From contig CBDAOB010000005.1 of assembly GCA_965197905.1 (NCBI GenBank), forward strand, positions 1,824,001 through 1,888,000: a stretch of 64,000 nucleotides of DNA, read 5' to 3'. The notes beneath the pieces were generated by a model. The model did not search any database. It was given only the letters and a program-made list of their open reading frames with translations, and was not told the origin of the DNA. Made by a program: the position numbers and the translations under genes. This DNA is from Candidatus Latescibacterota bacterium. Its GTDB lineage: Bacteria > Latescibacterota > UBA2968 > UBA8231. This document shows positions 38,074 through 48,421 of this stretch, one piece after another (position 1 is the stretch's first letter; every line of letters starts with the position of its first letter).

Positions 38074-40347
38074 ATGAACCTTTCCCGGCTTTCCCGATGG
38101 TGGTCACAGCTAGGAGGCCAACACCGAGCCGGGCATCCGCATATTCGCGTATGGAACCGACGCACGCTGCTGACGTATCGCGTTGCCCTGGCCCTCATCG
38201 TGGTCGGCTTTCTCACGACGCTGGCATCCCACCAACGACCGTATAACATCGGCGATCTGCGGCTTGGCCAAACGGCACCCGAAACGGTGCGAGCACCTTT
38301 TCTTTTTCAGGTGCCAAAGAGCGATGGGGAGCTGTCCGAAGAAAGACACCGGGCGGAAAGAACAATCCCCACCTATATGCGCCATAATGACGAGATCGAG
38401 TTGCGCCAGTCGGCACATCTCGACTCCGTCTTTCGGACGCTGTTGACGAGCATCCGCCTGCAAGTGCCCGACACATTGAAGCAGCAGCATTTGCAGCGGC
38501 AACTTCCCGACGTGATCGGCTCGCTCTCTGTCGAAGCCTTGTCCACCCTCGTAAAGGTTCTGTCCACGGCCAGCATGCCCTACGCCATGGATTTCCAGGC
38601 GGCGTGCCAACAGATTCTAGCCGATCTGTATGCGGCCGGAATAATCGCCTCCAAGACGCCCCTTTCCAATGACATTTCAAGCCGGGTGCGTATCGGCAAA
38701 TCGGAACTGCCCGTGGACGTCATCCACAGCGAGGAGGAGCTCCGGCAAGGAGCCATGTTGCCGATCATCGCGGGGTATCGACTGATCGACGAGCGCGGAG
38801 CCGCCGCAGCGGTTCACGAGCTTCTCGGGCTGTTTATCCAACCCAACCTGGTAATCGACAGGGTCTTCACCGAACGAGGCCGCGCAGAAGCCAGAAGGGG
38901 CGTGGCCAGCATCAAACGGATTTACGCGGAGGACGATGTCATCGTTGAGGAGAACGAGGTCGTCACGGCGCAACACATCGAAAGCCTTGACGCGTTGGCG
39001 CAGCGGCTGGCGGAACAAGAGCTACAAAATCCGCTCACGCGACTTCTGCAGAGGATCGCGGCAGCTGTTGTCGCGGCGTTTCTTGTGATACTGTTCGGAT
39101 TTTATCTAGCAACGCGCGAAATCGAGATCTACAATCAACCAGGACCTCTCCTCCTGCTTTCACTCCTCGCTATTGCTGTGGCTGCGACGGGAGCATACAT
39201 AAAAACGAACCAGCTGGATATCTACCTTGTACCGACCGCTCTGGTGGCGATGCTGGCGACGATCCTTCTCAACCAGCAGATCGGACTGGTCCTGTCACTT
39301 CTGATCGCCCTCGAGGTTGGAGCTATTTTCGGGGATTTCTACGTCGCGCTGACTTGCGCCCTGACCTCGGCAGTGGCGGTCTTTTCCGTTAGACACGTCC
39401 GGCACAGAAACCAGTTCTATCGGGCTATGATATTTCTGCCCATATCCTACGCACTGTTAATTGCCGCCGCTGATGTACTTCGTTTTTTGCCTGCCGAAGA
39501 GATATATCAGCATGTCCTGCCGGGAGTGTTTGTCGGGGTTGCGGCTCCCATTCTTACGATCGGTCTGCTGCCGATCTTCGAGAGCCTGTTCAACCGAACC
39601 ACGGACATAACTCTGTTGGAGCTTTCCGATCTCAACAGGCCACTTTTGCGGGAATTGGCCATCAAGGCCCCGGGCACCTATACCCACAGTCTGATCATGG
39701 CCAATCTTTCAGAGAGCGCTGCCGAGGCTATTGGCGCAAACCCGCTCTTGGCGCGAGTCGCCAGCTATTACCACGACATTGGCAAAATGATCAAACCTGA
39801 GTACTTTTCTGAAAATCAAGGCCTTCGAGGAGGGCGAAATCCACATGATCAACTGACTCCGAATATGAGCATGTTGATTATCGTCTCCCACGTGAAAGAC
39901 GGACTTGAAATGGCGGCCGAGCACGGTTTGCCAAAATCGATATCGGACCTGATTCCCCAACATCATGGCACCACGGTCATCGACTACTTCTATAACCGGG
40001 CGGTTGAGCTCGGGGAAGAGAATGTTCGCAAAGACGACTTTCGTTACGGGGGCCCAAAGCCCCAGGACAAGGAAGCTGGAATCCTCATGCTGGCCGATTC
40101 CGTGGAGTCTGCGGTCAGGACTCTGAATGAGCGAACGGCAAACCGGGTGAGGCAGCTCGTGAGCAGGATAGTGCAGCAGAAGTTCACCGCCGGAGAGCTG
40201 GATGAGTGCGAATTGACACTCCAGGATCTGCACGGGATCGAAGAGAGTTTCATCCCTGTGTTGATGGGCACCCTCCACGGTCGTGTTGAATATCCCTGGC
40301 AGCAGGTCGCGAAGAAAACTCCCAGAGATGTTTCGCATCCAATTTGA
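38074..40347 (+). CDS. 7TM-HD phosphohydrolase (PgpH/YqfF-like)
   Basis: Extracytoplasmic domain, about 7 TM helices, APGTYTHS, YYHDIGK, QHHGT, FRYGGPKPQ, MLADSVE. Confidence 0.92.
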   Translation: MNLSRLSRWWSQLGGQHRAGHPHIRVWNRRTLLTYRVALALIVVGFLTTLASHQRPYNIGDLRLGQTAPETVRAPFLFQVPKSDGELSEERHRAERTIPTYMRHNDEIELRQSAHLDSVFRTLLTSIRLQVPDTLKQQHLQRQLPDVIGSLSVEALSTLVKVLSTASMPYAMDFQAACQQILADLYAAGIIASKTPLSNDISSRVRIGKSELPVDVIHSEEELRQGAMLPIIAGYRLIDERGAAAAVHELLGLFIQPNLVIDRVFTERGRAEARRGVASIKRIYAEDDVIVEENEVVTAQHIESLDALAQRLAEQELQNPLTRLLQRIAAAVVAAFLVILFGFYLATREIEIYNQPGPLLLLSLLAIAVAATGAYIKTNQLDIYLVPTALVAMLATILLNQQIGLVLSLLIALEVGAIFGDFYVALTCALTSAVAVFSVRHVRHRNQFYRAMIFLPISYALLIAAADVLRFLPAEEIYQHVLPGVFVGVAAPILTIGLLPIFESLFNRTTDITLLELSDLNRPLLRELAIKAPGTYTHSLIMANLSESAAEAIGANPLLARVASYYHDIGKMIKPEYFSENQGLRGGRNPHDQLTPNMSMLIIVSHVKDGLEMAAEHGLPKSISDLIPQHHGTTVIDYFYNRAVELGEENVRKDDFRYGGPKPQDKEAGILMLADSVESAVRTLNERTANRVRQLVSRIVQQKFTAGELDECELTLQDLHGIEESFIPVLMGTLHGRVEYPWQQVAKKTPRDVSHPI

Positions 40348-40795
40348 CGAGCAGATCGGGACGCCACACCCCGAAATCCTGGCTCGACTCGAGCCACTCG
40401 TCGAGCACGCCTGCCGTCGCTTCGGTTTGCCAGGACCGGTGCACGTGATCATCACGACGGACAATCGCATGCAGCAACTGAATTCGACGTTCAGGAACAG
40501 AGAAGAAACGACCGATGTGCTTTCCTTCGACCTGGGAGGCGATGAACTCGCGTCCACCGAGGAAGAGGAAAGACCGGCACAAGCGGAGATCTACGTTTCT
40601 GTCGAGCGAGCTCGCGAGCAGGGGGAAGCGCAAGGAATATCCCTCGTCGATGAAGCGAGTCGGCTGGTCGCCCATGGACTGCTGCATTTGGCCGGATACG
40701 ACCACGACACGCCCAGCGACCTGCGCGAGATGGAGTCGGAAACCGAAAGGATTCTTAAGTGTTCGATACAGACCGATTCCGCCGCTCAACCTTGA
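40328..40795 (+). CDS. ybeY: rRNA maturation RNase YbeY
   Basis: TDVLSF and HGLLHLAGYDH. Confidence 0.93.
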   Translation: MFRIQFDEQIGTPHPEILARLEPLVEHACRRFGLPGPVHVIITTDNRMQQLNSTFRNREETTDVLSFDLGGDELASTEEEERPAQAEIYVSVERAREQGEAQGISLVDEASRLVAHGLLHLAGYDHDTPSDLREMESETERILKCSIQTDSAAQP

Positions 40796-40841
40796 GACTG
40801 TCCTGGCAGGCGGTGTTTCCACGAAAGGAGCCGAGCAGTAT

Positions 40842-42173
40842 TTGGAACCTCCACAATTTATTCAGCTGACGATCGCCTTGCTAGCGGCCGTTTTCGTTTT
40901 CCTGGTTTCGAGCTATGAAGCCACGTTTGCCGTGCTCTCGCGTTCCGCCCTCGAGAAGATGAACGAGGCCGGCATAAAACATGCCGCGTTGATGTTGAAG
41001 ATATATGAGCCGCGCCACCGACTCCGTCTGCTAGCCCGAATCGGAGAGGCTCTGGGTATTGTCGCTCTTACGATCTGCTTCTGGTCCCTTGTTCGAATTG
41101 CGCTTCAATCCTTTCAGTTCCTGCAAGAATACGGTGTTCCGCTGGCAGTGATTCTCACGCTGGGCGTATTCCTTTTGGCTTCTAGTCCTCGACGGTTGCG
41201 GTTCGACGAGGATTCGGAGGAAACCCGCATTCCGTCCGTTGCCCTCGCTTTCGTGCCGCTGCATACCCTGTTGGTGCCACTGACCAATCTGCTGGACCGG
41301 CTCGCCGTAGGCGATTCTACACCGGAAGATTTTCGCGCCGAAAAGGAGGAAGAGCTTCGCAGCATTGTCGAGTCGGAAAGCGAGACGGGTGTTATCGAAG
41401 AGGGTGAGAAGGATATGATCCAGGGGGTGTTCGGATTCCATGACCGCATTGCCCGCGAGGTGATGGTACCGCGAGTTGATGTCACCGCCTTTGATGAATC
41501 AGCGACCCTGAGTGAACTTTTCGCATTGATAGAGCAATCCGGCCATTCCCGAGTCCCCCTTTATCGCGATACCCTGGACAACATCCGCGGGATCGTGTTT
41601 GCGCGCGACCTGCTTCAGATCCTCATAAGCGATCAGTGTCCCGATCTGGAATCTCCCGTTTCGACCATCTTGTCTGAGGATGAGCGAGGCGCGATCCAGG
41701 CGAAGTTCGTTCACGAACCGTATTACGTGACAGAGACCAAGAAGATCGATGAAATTCTCGATGACTTCCGCAACGAAAAGAAGCGACTCGCCATCGTCGT
41801 TGATGAGTACGGAGGCACCGCCGGGCTGTTGACGACGGAGGATCTGGTCGAAGAGATCGTCGGTGAAATTCGGGATGAATCGGATGACGAGGAAGAGTTG
41901 TATCGGTGGGAGGAGGGAAACGAGATTCTCGTTGCCAACGCGCGCATCAACATCGACGATTTGAACGACACCTTGGAAACGGATCTGCCAAACGAAGGTT
42001 TCGAAACCTTGGCGGGGTTCGTTTTCGATCATCTGGGAAACATTCCCAAAGCCGGTGAAACCTTTCAGGTGGGTTCGCTGGAGATGACCGTTGTCGATGT
42101 TGACGGCCAGCGGATCACCAAGGTCAAAATAAGACGCCTGTCGACGGTTGAGGAGCACGCCGGCCACGAATGA
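40842..42173 (+). CDS. HlyC/CorC family (CNNM-CBS-CBS-CorC) protein
   Basis: AREVMVPR, GHSRVPLY, AIVVDEYGGTAGLLTTEDLVEEIVGEI, FETLAG; TTG start after AAGGAG. Confidence 0.9.
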   Translation: MEPPQFIQLTIALLAAVFVFLVSSYEATFAVLSRSALEKMNEAGIKHAALMLKIYEPRHRLRLLARIGEALGIVALTICFWSLVRIALQSFQFLQEYGVPLAVILTLGVFLLASSPRRLRFDEDSEETRIPSVALAFVPLHTLLVPLTNLLDRLAVGDSTPEDFRAEKEEELRSIVESESETGVIEEGEKDMIQGVFGFHDRIAREVMVPRVDVTAFDESATLSELFALIEQSGHSRVPLYRDTLDNIRGIVFARDLLQILISDQCPDLESPVSTILSEDERGAIQAKFVHEPYYVTETKKIDEILDDFRNEKKRLAIVVDEYGGTAGLLTTEDLVEEIVGEIRDESDDEEELYRWEEGNEILVANARINIDDLNDTLETDLPNEGFETLAGFVFDHLGNIPKAGETFQVGSLEMTVVDVDGQRITKVKIRRLSTVEEHAGHE

Positions 42174-42191
42174 AATGCCCCTTGCCCAATC

Positions 42192-42220
42192 TTGCGCCTC
42201 AATGATCCGCCGGTTATATT
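42192..42220 (+). promoter_or_regulatory. sigma70 promoter of tRNA-fMet
   Basis: TTGCGC-N17-TATATT, 11 nt before the tRNA. Confidence 0.6.
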
Positions 42221-42231
42221 CTCTGGTATGT

Positions 42232-42308
<77 letters not shown>

Positions 42309-42316
42309 AATCTTAA

Positions 42317-42347
42317 CAGGGAGTCGAATACGGCTCCCTGATTTTTT
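42317..42347 (+). terminator. Intrinsic terminator after the tRNA
   Basis: CAGGGAGTCG-aata-CGGCTCCCTG followed by ATTTTTT. Confidence 0.8.
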
Positions 42348-42357
42348 GTGGGTACCC

Positions 42358-42687
42358 ATGGCTGCGCACAACAAGATCCCCGCGGATAATAGCTCGAATC
42401 CTAAAGCGCAACGAATAACTATAGACGAACGATTCGTAGAATTATTCGTTACCGAGGACATCGAAGAGCGTGTGGAGATCCAGGAAATTCGCCAGCTCTT
42501 ACTTCGCAGCTTGCAAGAGCTTACACCAGAAGAGCTCCATGTAATCGAGCTCCGCCACCAACACAAGAAATCACCGGGCTACGTAGCGGCCAAGCTAGGC
42601 CTAGGGCGAGCGGATGCGCAGAAGCTCGAATCACGCGCCCTTGAGCGAATCCGCACCTACCTTGCTTCCTGCGGGTTGGAGCGCTAG
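42358..42687 (+). CDS. Small protein resembling sigma70 region 4 (HTH) only
   Basis: LQELTPEELHVIELR...VAAKLGL...QKLESRALERIR; no region 2. Confidence 0.65.
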   Translation: MAAHNKIPADNSSNPKAQRITIDERFVELFVTEDIEERVEIQEIRQLLLRSLQELTPEELHVIELRHQHKKSPGYVAAKLGLGRADAQKLESRALERIRTYLASCGLER

Positions 42688-42715
42688 TAGCCGGTGGTGA
42701 CGAATTCTTCGCCAG

Positions 42716-44302
42716 TTGCCAGACGATAACAAGCGTTTTCTGGCAGTCGGATGCGGTGGTCTATCCGGGCTGATCTTTTCCCTAAGCATTCCCAAGGCGG
42801 ATATTGGACTTCTTGCCTGGATCTGCTTCCTTCCCGCCTTCCTGGCACTCCGCTACACGCGCCACCCGCTGACGCTCGGAATAACCCTGGGGACGGTGGC
42901 CGGCATCGGCCGCATCTACTGGATCACCGAGACTCTCCAGTTGTTCGGCGGCCTTGGACCTGTTCTTGCGCTGGCAACCAATATTCTCCTCATCGCCTAT
43001 CTGACCCTCTACCCCGCCCTTTTCTTTTACGGAATACACCGCCTGGACCTGGGCGACCCTAGGTTGCCGTGGGTAGCTGCGGCCGCGTGGGTTCTGCTCG
43101 AGTGGTTCCAGAGCTGGGTCATCACTGGATTTCCCTGGGAGTTGGTAGGTTACAGTCAGTATCGGCACCTGCATCTGTCCCAGATCGCCTCGATAACCGG
43201 GGTCTACGGTCTGAGCTTCTTGATTCTTCTGGTCAATGCCACACTGGCTCAGGTCGTGGCAGCACCCCGCCTTTGGCGGCGTCTATTTGCCCCCATAGCG
43301 TTGCTGGGCGCCGTGCTGTGTTATGGCGTGGTTCGCCTGAACGACTTAAACAACACCAACCACACCTCGCTCACGGTTGGCATCGTCCAGGGAAATTTTC
43401 CGCAAGATATCAAGTGGGATAGGGATCGCGTCGCCCAGACCGCTGCAAGATACACCGAACTTAGCCACACCCTGGCCGACCAGGAACTCGACCTCCTGGT
43501 CTATCCAGAGACCGCGCTGCCATTTCGGTTTCGGCACCCAAACTACGCGCAGCATCGAACGCTGGTCGAAGCTGCGGCGAGATCACTGGAGACACCTATC
43601 CTTGTTGGCAGCCTGGATGCAGTAGAGACCGGGACCTCGGAAGCCCTCTACAACCGCGCCTTCCTGCTCGACAGAGACGGTAAAATCGTCTCCTTTTCCG
43701 ACAAGATACATCTGGTTCCATTCGGCGAATACATCCCCTTCCCGGATATCTTTCAGTATCTGGAAGGGTTGACCAAGGAAAGCGGGGCTTTCGCCCATGG
43801 CATTCAGCGCCCGGCGATGGAGATACCTGAATCGAACGAGCGATTGGGGCTGTTTGTCTGCTATGAAGCTGTATTCCCGGAGATCTCGCGGGATGTTGTA
43901 AAGAAGGGGGCAACTCTACTCATCAACATCACCAATGATGCCTGGTTCGGTCGTACGGCCGCACCGTACCAACACCTGGCGATGTCAGCATTTCGGGCTA
44001 TCGAAACCGGCAGGTCAGTGGTCCGCGTCGCAAACACCGGGATTTCTTGCCTGATTTCCCCAGCCGGCGCGATTTCGGATGCGACCGGTTTGTTTCAAAC
44101 CGCAGCGTTTTCCGTCAATGCCGAGACCCGCACCGAGACCACGCTTTACGTCCGCTTCGGGGATTTCCTAGTCTGGATATGCGCGCTGTATCTTCTGGCT
44201 GAGATTGTGCGGCGGCGGCGGAGTGCACCGCAGCCGCGTCCGCAGCACCTAGTCGATTCCGGCGGCAATATCGCCCCACCTTCGAGATTTCGCAGCTTCT
44301 AG
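42716..44302 (+). CDS. lnt: Apolipoprotein N-acyltransferase
   Basis: TGFPW, IVQGN, YPETA, DKIHLVPFGEYIP, VCYE, TNDAWFG, RVANTGIS. Confidence 0.95.
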   Translation: MPDDNKRFLAVGCGGLSGLIFSLSIPKADIGLLAWICFLPAFLALRYTRHPLTLGITLGTVAGIGRIYWITETLQLFGGLGPVLALATNILLIAYLTLYPALFFYGIHRLDLGDPRLPWVAAAAWVLLEWFQSWVITGFPWELVGYSQYRHLHLSQIASITGVYGLSFLILLVNATLAQVVAAPRLWRRLFAPIALLGAVLCYGVVRLNDLNNTNHTSLTVGIVQGNFPQDIKWDRDRVAQTAARYTELSHTLADQELDLLVYPETALPFRFRHPNYAQHRTLVEAAARSLETPILVGSLDAVETGTSEALYNRAFLLDRDGKIVSFSDKIHLVPFGEYIPFPDIFQYLEGLTKESGAFAHGIQRPAMEIPESNERLGLFVCYEAVFPEISRDVVKKGATLLINITNDAWFGRTAAPYQHLAMSAFRAIETGRSVVRVANTGISCLISPAGAISDATGLFQTAAFSVNAETRTETTLYVRFGDFLVWICALYLLAEIVRRRRSAPQPRPQHLVDSGGNIAPPSRFRSF

Positions 44303-45358
44303 GATGGAATCGGCGACCCGCTGGGCCCGCACCCCGTGCCAAAACGACGGTTCGCACGGACGCCCCTCGCGAATTGCGCTGATAAATTCCCAGGCTTGAT
44401 CGTATCGAAAGGTCCAGTGAGGATCGCCCTCGGCCGGGTTGCGGGGAGACCCGCTCTGCACCAGTAGCTCCGGGGGTACGGCCCGGGGCTGATAGTCCTC
44501 CCCGCGCCGGGCAAACAAAATTTGGTGAGGTGTGTGCAGCTGGTATACCGCGGAAGCCTCGCTGCCGTTTATTTCGGCGATATCGTGTTCTCCTCCCGGA
44601 CCTCGGCCCTTGGCCAGCTTGCCCATCTCGAAAACGCCCGTTGCACCGGCCTCGAATTCGGCCATCCAGGCCACCCAGTCTTCGAGATCTTGGGCCGGAC
44701 AAGGACTGCCCTCTAGAGTTTGGTCTCGGTCAATCACTCGTTTCTGCGCCGCGCAGACGGCGGCAATCGGCCCCAGTAGATCCTCTGAGAAATCGATACG
44801 GTGAATGCCCATGTCTCCGAGTTCGCCATAACCGGCCTGGTCCTTATATTGTCGCCACCCGATCGAGAATTCGCCCCAGTCCTGCAGTCGTTGAAATCGC
44901 GCGTGCCTGACGACACCCAAAGTGCCCTCGTGGATGAGCCGTTTGAGGTACTTCATGCCGGGAACCCGCCTGTAGGTAAAAGCAACCATGTGACGTTTCC
45001 GCGACCGCTCCGCCGCAAGATGCATTTCTATCGCTTCGGCGAAGTTCATACCCAGCGGTTTTTCACAGATGACGTGGCAGTTGGCGTCCAACGCCTGATA
45101 CACCAGATCGCAATGCCGGACATTTGGCGTGGCGATTGCCACGGCGTCCACTCCCGATTTGGACAGAAACTCCCCATATTCGGAAAAGGCGAGAGGAATG
45201 CCCCAATCCCGCGCCCGTTTCTGAACCAGATCAGCATTGGCATCGCATATCGCGCCAATCTGGACGCCCGGAATTCGACTAAATCCAGGATAGTGGACGC
45301 CTTCGCAAACAGCACCCAACCCGACCAGACCTACACGGATTTCATCAGCTGCCGGCAT
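44249..45358 (-). CDS. Gfo/Idh/MocA oxidoreductase
   Basis: VGLVGLG, IATPNVRH, ICEKPLG, GELGDMGIHRID; 3' end overlaps lnt by 54 nt. Confidence 0.9.
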   Translation of the reverse strand: MPAADEIRVGLVGLGAVCEGVHYPGFSRIPGVQIGAICDANADLVQKRARDWGIPLAFSEYGEFLSKSGVDAVAIATPNVRHCDLVYQALDANCHVICEKPLGMNFAEAIEMHLAAERSRKRHMVAFTYRRVPGMKYLKRLIHEGTLGVVRHARFQRLQDWGEFSIGWRQYKDQAGYGELGDMGIHRIDFSEDLLGPIAAVCAAQKRVIDRDQTLEGSPCPAQDLEDWVAWMAEFEAGATGVFEMGKLAKGRGPGGEHDIAEINGSEASAVYQLHTPHQILFARRGEDYQPRAVPPELLVQSGSPRNPAEGDPHWTFRYDQAWEFISAIREGRPCEPSFWHGVRAQRVADSILEAAKSRRWGDIAAGID

Positions 45359-45382
45359 CGTCCTCCTCCGATTTTCGCAGCG

Positions 45383-45967
45383 TTACCAACCATTCTTCCC
45401 CCGTCTTTCCGCGAAGGAATTGCCTGCCTTCTCAATTCGATCGATGTCAAAACGGCTCGAGAAATGTCTTTCGATGTCTTTAGGGTCCGAAGAATATGGA
45501 GGCCCCTCCCCTTGCACCTCCCAAAACAGCCCTACGAGAATTCCATTCTCTTTCAGAACGGTCGCCATGACCCGAGCATATTCCCCCCGCATTTCCGGTG
45601 GAATCGCACAGTAGCAGGTGTGTTCCAACACGAGATCGAAATGGTCTGCAAAATCTTCATCGAGACCGAAGATGTCCTGCTCCAGCACCGAGACGGAGAG
45701 TCCTTCTGCGCGTCGCTTAACTCGGTCCACGGCCGCAGGTGCGAAATCGACGGCAGTTACGTTCCATCCCTTCTCGCCGAGCAGAATCGCCTCGTTTCCG
45801 TATCCACAGCCAGGCACGAGCGCTGTTCCTCCCGAAGGAGCGTAAAGCTTGTCCAAAACCTCGACCAGAGGAGGGGCCGGCGAACCCATGTGCCAAGGTG
45901 GGTCGCCATCGGCGTAGATCTCGCTCCAAAAATCAGGACCCCTCGTTTCCACGGGACCTATTTCCAT
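45383..45967 (-). CDS. TPMT-like (thiopurine/halide) methyltransferase; C-terminus probably frameshifted at C5 45398-45402
   Basis: FWSEIY..GDPPW, LVPGCGYG, EHTCYCAIPP, GPPY. One extra G gives ...RRGEEWLVTLRK. Confidence 0.85.
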   Translation of the reverse strand: MEIGPVETRGPDFWSEIYADGDPPWHMGSPAPPLVEVLDKLYAPSGGTALVPGCGYGNEAILLGEKGWNVTAVDFAPAAVDRVKRRAEGLSVSVLEQDIFGLDEDFADHFDLVLEHTCYCAIPPEMRGEYARVMATVLKENGILVGLFWEVQGEGPPYSSDPKDIERHFSSRFDIDRIEKAGNSFAERRGKNGW

Positions 45968-46329
45968 ACCGTTTTGTCACCGGTCTCCGTGTATTTGTTG
46001 TATTTGTCGATATAGTCCTCACGAATGGGGCTGAAGACATCTAGCACCTGCGCCGGCCCTTCGAGCACCTCACCGGAGTGAGCAACATTGGATGGCACGA
46101 GGAATGCGTCTCCGGGCCCCAAAACCTGCTCATCCGATCCGATCTTGAACCTCAGTTTTCCCGTAATCATCAGCCCAGCTTGCTCGTGGGGATGGCTGTG
46201 CTCTGGCACCGTCCCGCCTACCGCCAGATCTAGGAAGGAGAGCATCAGGTTTTCGCCGGCCAGTATCCCGCTTAGGGCACCTGGAAAAAGTTCCATCTTG
46301 GGCAGATCCTTGGAATTGATAAAGGGCAT
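45958..46329 (-). CDS. Cupin domain protein
   Basis: PEHSHPHEQ...VPSNVAHS...DVFSPIREDY. Confidence 0.9.
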   Translation of the reverse strand: MPFINSKDLPKMELFPGALSGILAGENLMLSFLDLAVGGTVPEHSHPHEQAGLMITGKLRFKIGSDEQVLGPGDAFLVPSNVAHSGEVLEGPAQVLDVFSPIREDYIDKYNKYTETGDKTVWK

Positions 46330-46380
46330 GGGTGTCTCCTGTTGGGTTCGAATTTCAGACGGGAGCCCGAGCGTGCTGAG

Positions 46381-46698
46381 TCAGCTTCGGGGCTGGATAT
46401 CGGGTGGGCACCAACGGTACTCGCCCAGATCGACGCGGTTCCGCTGGAAAGGAATGCCTTCGTCCTCTAACATCCGATACTGGAGCTCGTGGAATCTGCC
46501 CGAACTCCGCGGTGATACCTTGCCCTGAGCGTTGATCACGCGATGCCAGGGAAGATCCAGACCGTCCGGCAGGCCGGCGAGGGCATAGCCGACTTGCCTT
46601 GCCCTTCCCGGGTAACCCGCAATCGCGGCGATCTGACCGTAGGTCGCCACCTTGCCCGGGGGGATGCGGGCGACCATCTCGTAGAACGCTTGCCGCAT
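46381..46698 (-). CDS. Alkyltransferase-like protein (MGMT family, PWHRV type)
   Basis: IPPGKVATYGQIA, ARQVG, LPWHRVINAQG (Trp replaces the catalytic Cys). Confidence 0.9.
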   Translation of the reverse strand: MRQAFYEMVARIPPGKVATYGQIAAIAGYPGRARQVGYALAGLPDGLDLPWHRVINAQGKVSPRSSGRFHELQYRMLEDEGIPFQRNRVDLGEYRWCPPDIQPRS

Positions 46699-46705
46699 TT
46701 CTGAC

Positions 46706-46948
46706 TTAGCAGTTTGGCGCAACGGTCTCGTCTCGGCCTTCGAGGAGATCGATCGCTTTGGCGTAGCTGCGTTTGTCGAGGTAATGCAAAAGCATTGGAG
46801 GTGTTTCGTCTCCGCATTGCGTACGCAGAGCGCCGATCTGCGCCAGGTATCCGCCCACATCCATACCCTCGGCGTCTGGCCCCCCTCCGTTTTCGATGCA
46901 CCGCATCATCCCGGTGAGGTTTTCGTGTAGCTTGTCTAGCAGCTTCAT
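46706..46948 (-). CDS. Hypothetical protein (80 aa)
   Basis: SD AAGGAG before ATG; PPMLLHYLDKRSYAKA; fits operon spacing. Confidence 0.6.
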   Translation of the reverse strand: MKLLDKLHENLTGMMRCIENGGGPDAEGMDVGGYLAQIGALRTQCGDETPPMLLHYLDKRSYAKAIDLLEGRDETVAPNC

Positions 46949-46974
46949 TCGGAATCTCCTTTCCGCAAACAGTG

Positions 46975-47778
46975 TCAAAACATCGATGCGATTTTCCGCA
47001 TCCGATTCCCTATGTCTATCAGCTCTCCGCGCGACCCGGAAATCTCGTGGATCAGCGGCGCCTCGTAGCCCATCTGCGACAGCTCAGACATGACCAGAGG
47101 CCAATCCGTATCACCATCCAACAGATTCACAAACTGGCGCGCGCTACGACGATAGTCCTTGAGATGTACCCGCTTTATACGCGATCCCAGAGCCCGTATC
47201 CAATGTTCGGGGAATCCGTATTCCATCATATTCGCGGTGTCGAGGTAGATGCCCACCCAGTCACTCCCTACCTCATCCACCAACTCTCGAGCCTCCCGGG
47301 GACTGAGAAGAAACTTGTTCCACACGTTCTCGAGACAGATCGCTATCCTCCGCTTCCCCGCTTCGGATGCCAGATCCGCCAGCGACGCCCGCACATTGCT
47401 CCAAACCTCGTCGTAGGTGCCCGTGGATTCGAGTTGGCCGGGATGGAGCAACACCGCGCCGGCATCGAGCTCGTGGGCTATCTCCAACGCGAGCACCACC
47501 GACTCACTGTAACGCTGCCGATCCTCAGATTGCAGACTCAGAAGGCTTCCGCGATTCCGGGTCAAGGCGATGACGGAGGTCACCTGTACTCCCGACGAGA
47601 GACACTTCTCTCGTACTGCCCGCAATTCAGAGCTGCCTAGCTCGACATCGAGGTCTTTCTCGCTTTTGAATATGAGCTCTACTGCCTCATATCTTGCAGC
47701 GCCACACAACTCCAAGGTTTCTTCGAGGGTCGCGTCACCAAGGACCAGCTGGGATATTCCGATTTTCATAGGTCGCAT
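46975..47778 (-). CDS. Sugar phosphate isomerase/epimerase (xylose-isomerase-like TIM barrel)
   Basis: LENVWNKFLLSP, YLDTAN, RVHLKDY, GDTDW, IHE. Confidence 0.88.
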   Translation of the reverse strand: MRPMKIGISQLVLGDATLEETLELCGAARYEAVELIFKSEKDLDVELGSSELRAVREKCLSSGVQVTSVIALTRNRGSLLSLQSEDRQRYSESVVLALEIAHELDAGAVLLHPGQLESTGTYDEVWSNVRASLADLASEAGKRRIAICLENVWNKFLLSPREARELVDEVGSDWVGIYLDTANMMEYGFPEHWIRALGSRIKRVHLKDYRRSARQFVNLLDGDTDWPLVMSELSQMGYEAPLIHEISGSRGELIDIGNRMRKIASMF

Positions 47779-47802
47779 CGTTAAAGGTAGGGTTCGGCAC
47801 CC

Positions 47803-48309
47803 TTAACCAAAAGTCCCAGTTCCGGACAGGAGTTCCTCCAACGAGGGGAGCTGCCCGCTCACCTCCAAGAAATGCAACCCCACTGAGACCGCACCCAAGA
47901 CCAGACCGATCGCGGCACGTACGAGCACGAGGCGAAATCGCCAGATTCCCTCCCACAGGGCGCGGCCAGAGTAGAACATGGCAACCGCGGACAACAAAAG
48001 CATCAAGGGAGAAGCCTTAAACAGGAGACATGCCAAGATTCCCAGCACCAAACCGTAGTTTGCCCCATGTCCCATGTTGGCGCGAGCGTCGTCGTCGGGC
48101 TCTATCTCCCCTTCCACCAGTGGTGCTTCCTCGGCGACCTGCGCTTGCTCCGTTGCTTCGAGTTCCCGTCCCGAATCGCCAAGCTGTCGCCACCACAATC
48201 GAGCCAACCAAATAAAGGTGTATAGCAGAGCGACGAATCCGCCCACCAGAACCAGGATTCCCAGCATCGATGAAGAAATAGCGGTCAGATCGACCATGGA
48301 TTGTTGCAT
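47803..48309 (-). CDS. Hypothetical membrane protein
   Basis: About 4 hydrophobic segments separated by an acidic loop. Confidence 0.6.
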   Translation of the reverse strand: MQQSMVDLTAISSSMLGILVLVGGFVALLYTFIWLARLWWRQLGDSGRELEATEQAQVAEEAPLVEGEIEPDDDARANMGHGANYGLVLGILACLLFKASPLMLLLSAVAMFYSGRALWEGIWRFRLVLVRAAIGLVLGAVSVGLHFLEVSGQLPSLEELLSGTGTFG

Positions 48310-48421
48310 GTTATCGGCTTCGTGTTACGCAACTTTGCGGTTGAAATGGCAGTTTCATAGACCTATCTTCTTGGAAATTTTCCGCTTCGAACCGCGGTTC
48401 AACTCATCTATGGAGAACCAG

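Noticed and set aside
44801..46015. 404-aa + strand ORF
   Set aside because: Antisense to two well-supported genes; no family motifs.
48074..48421. N-terminal extensions in track ORFs (also starts 11357, 14474, 24235, 37954, 40515, 46860, 50735, 52794, 54799)
   Set aside because: They overlap neighbouring genes or promoters; downstream starts fit SD sites, signal peptides and family lengths better.
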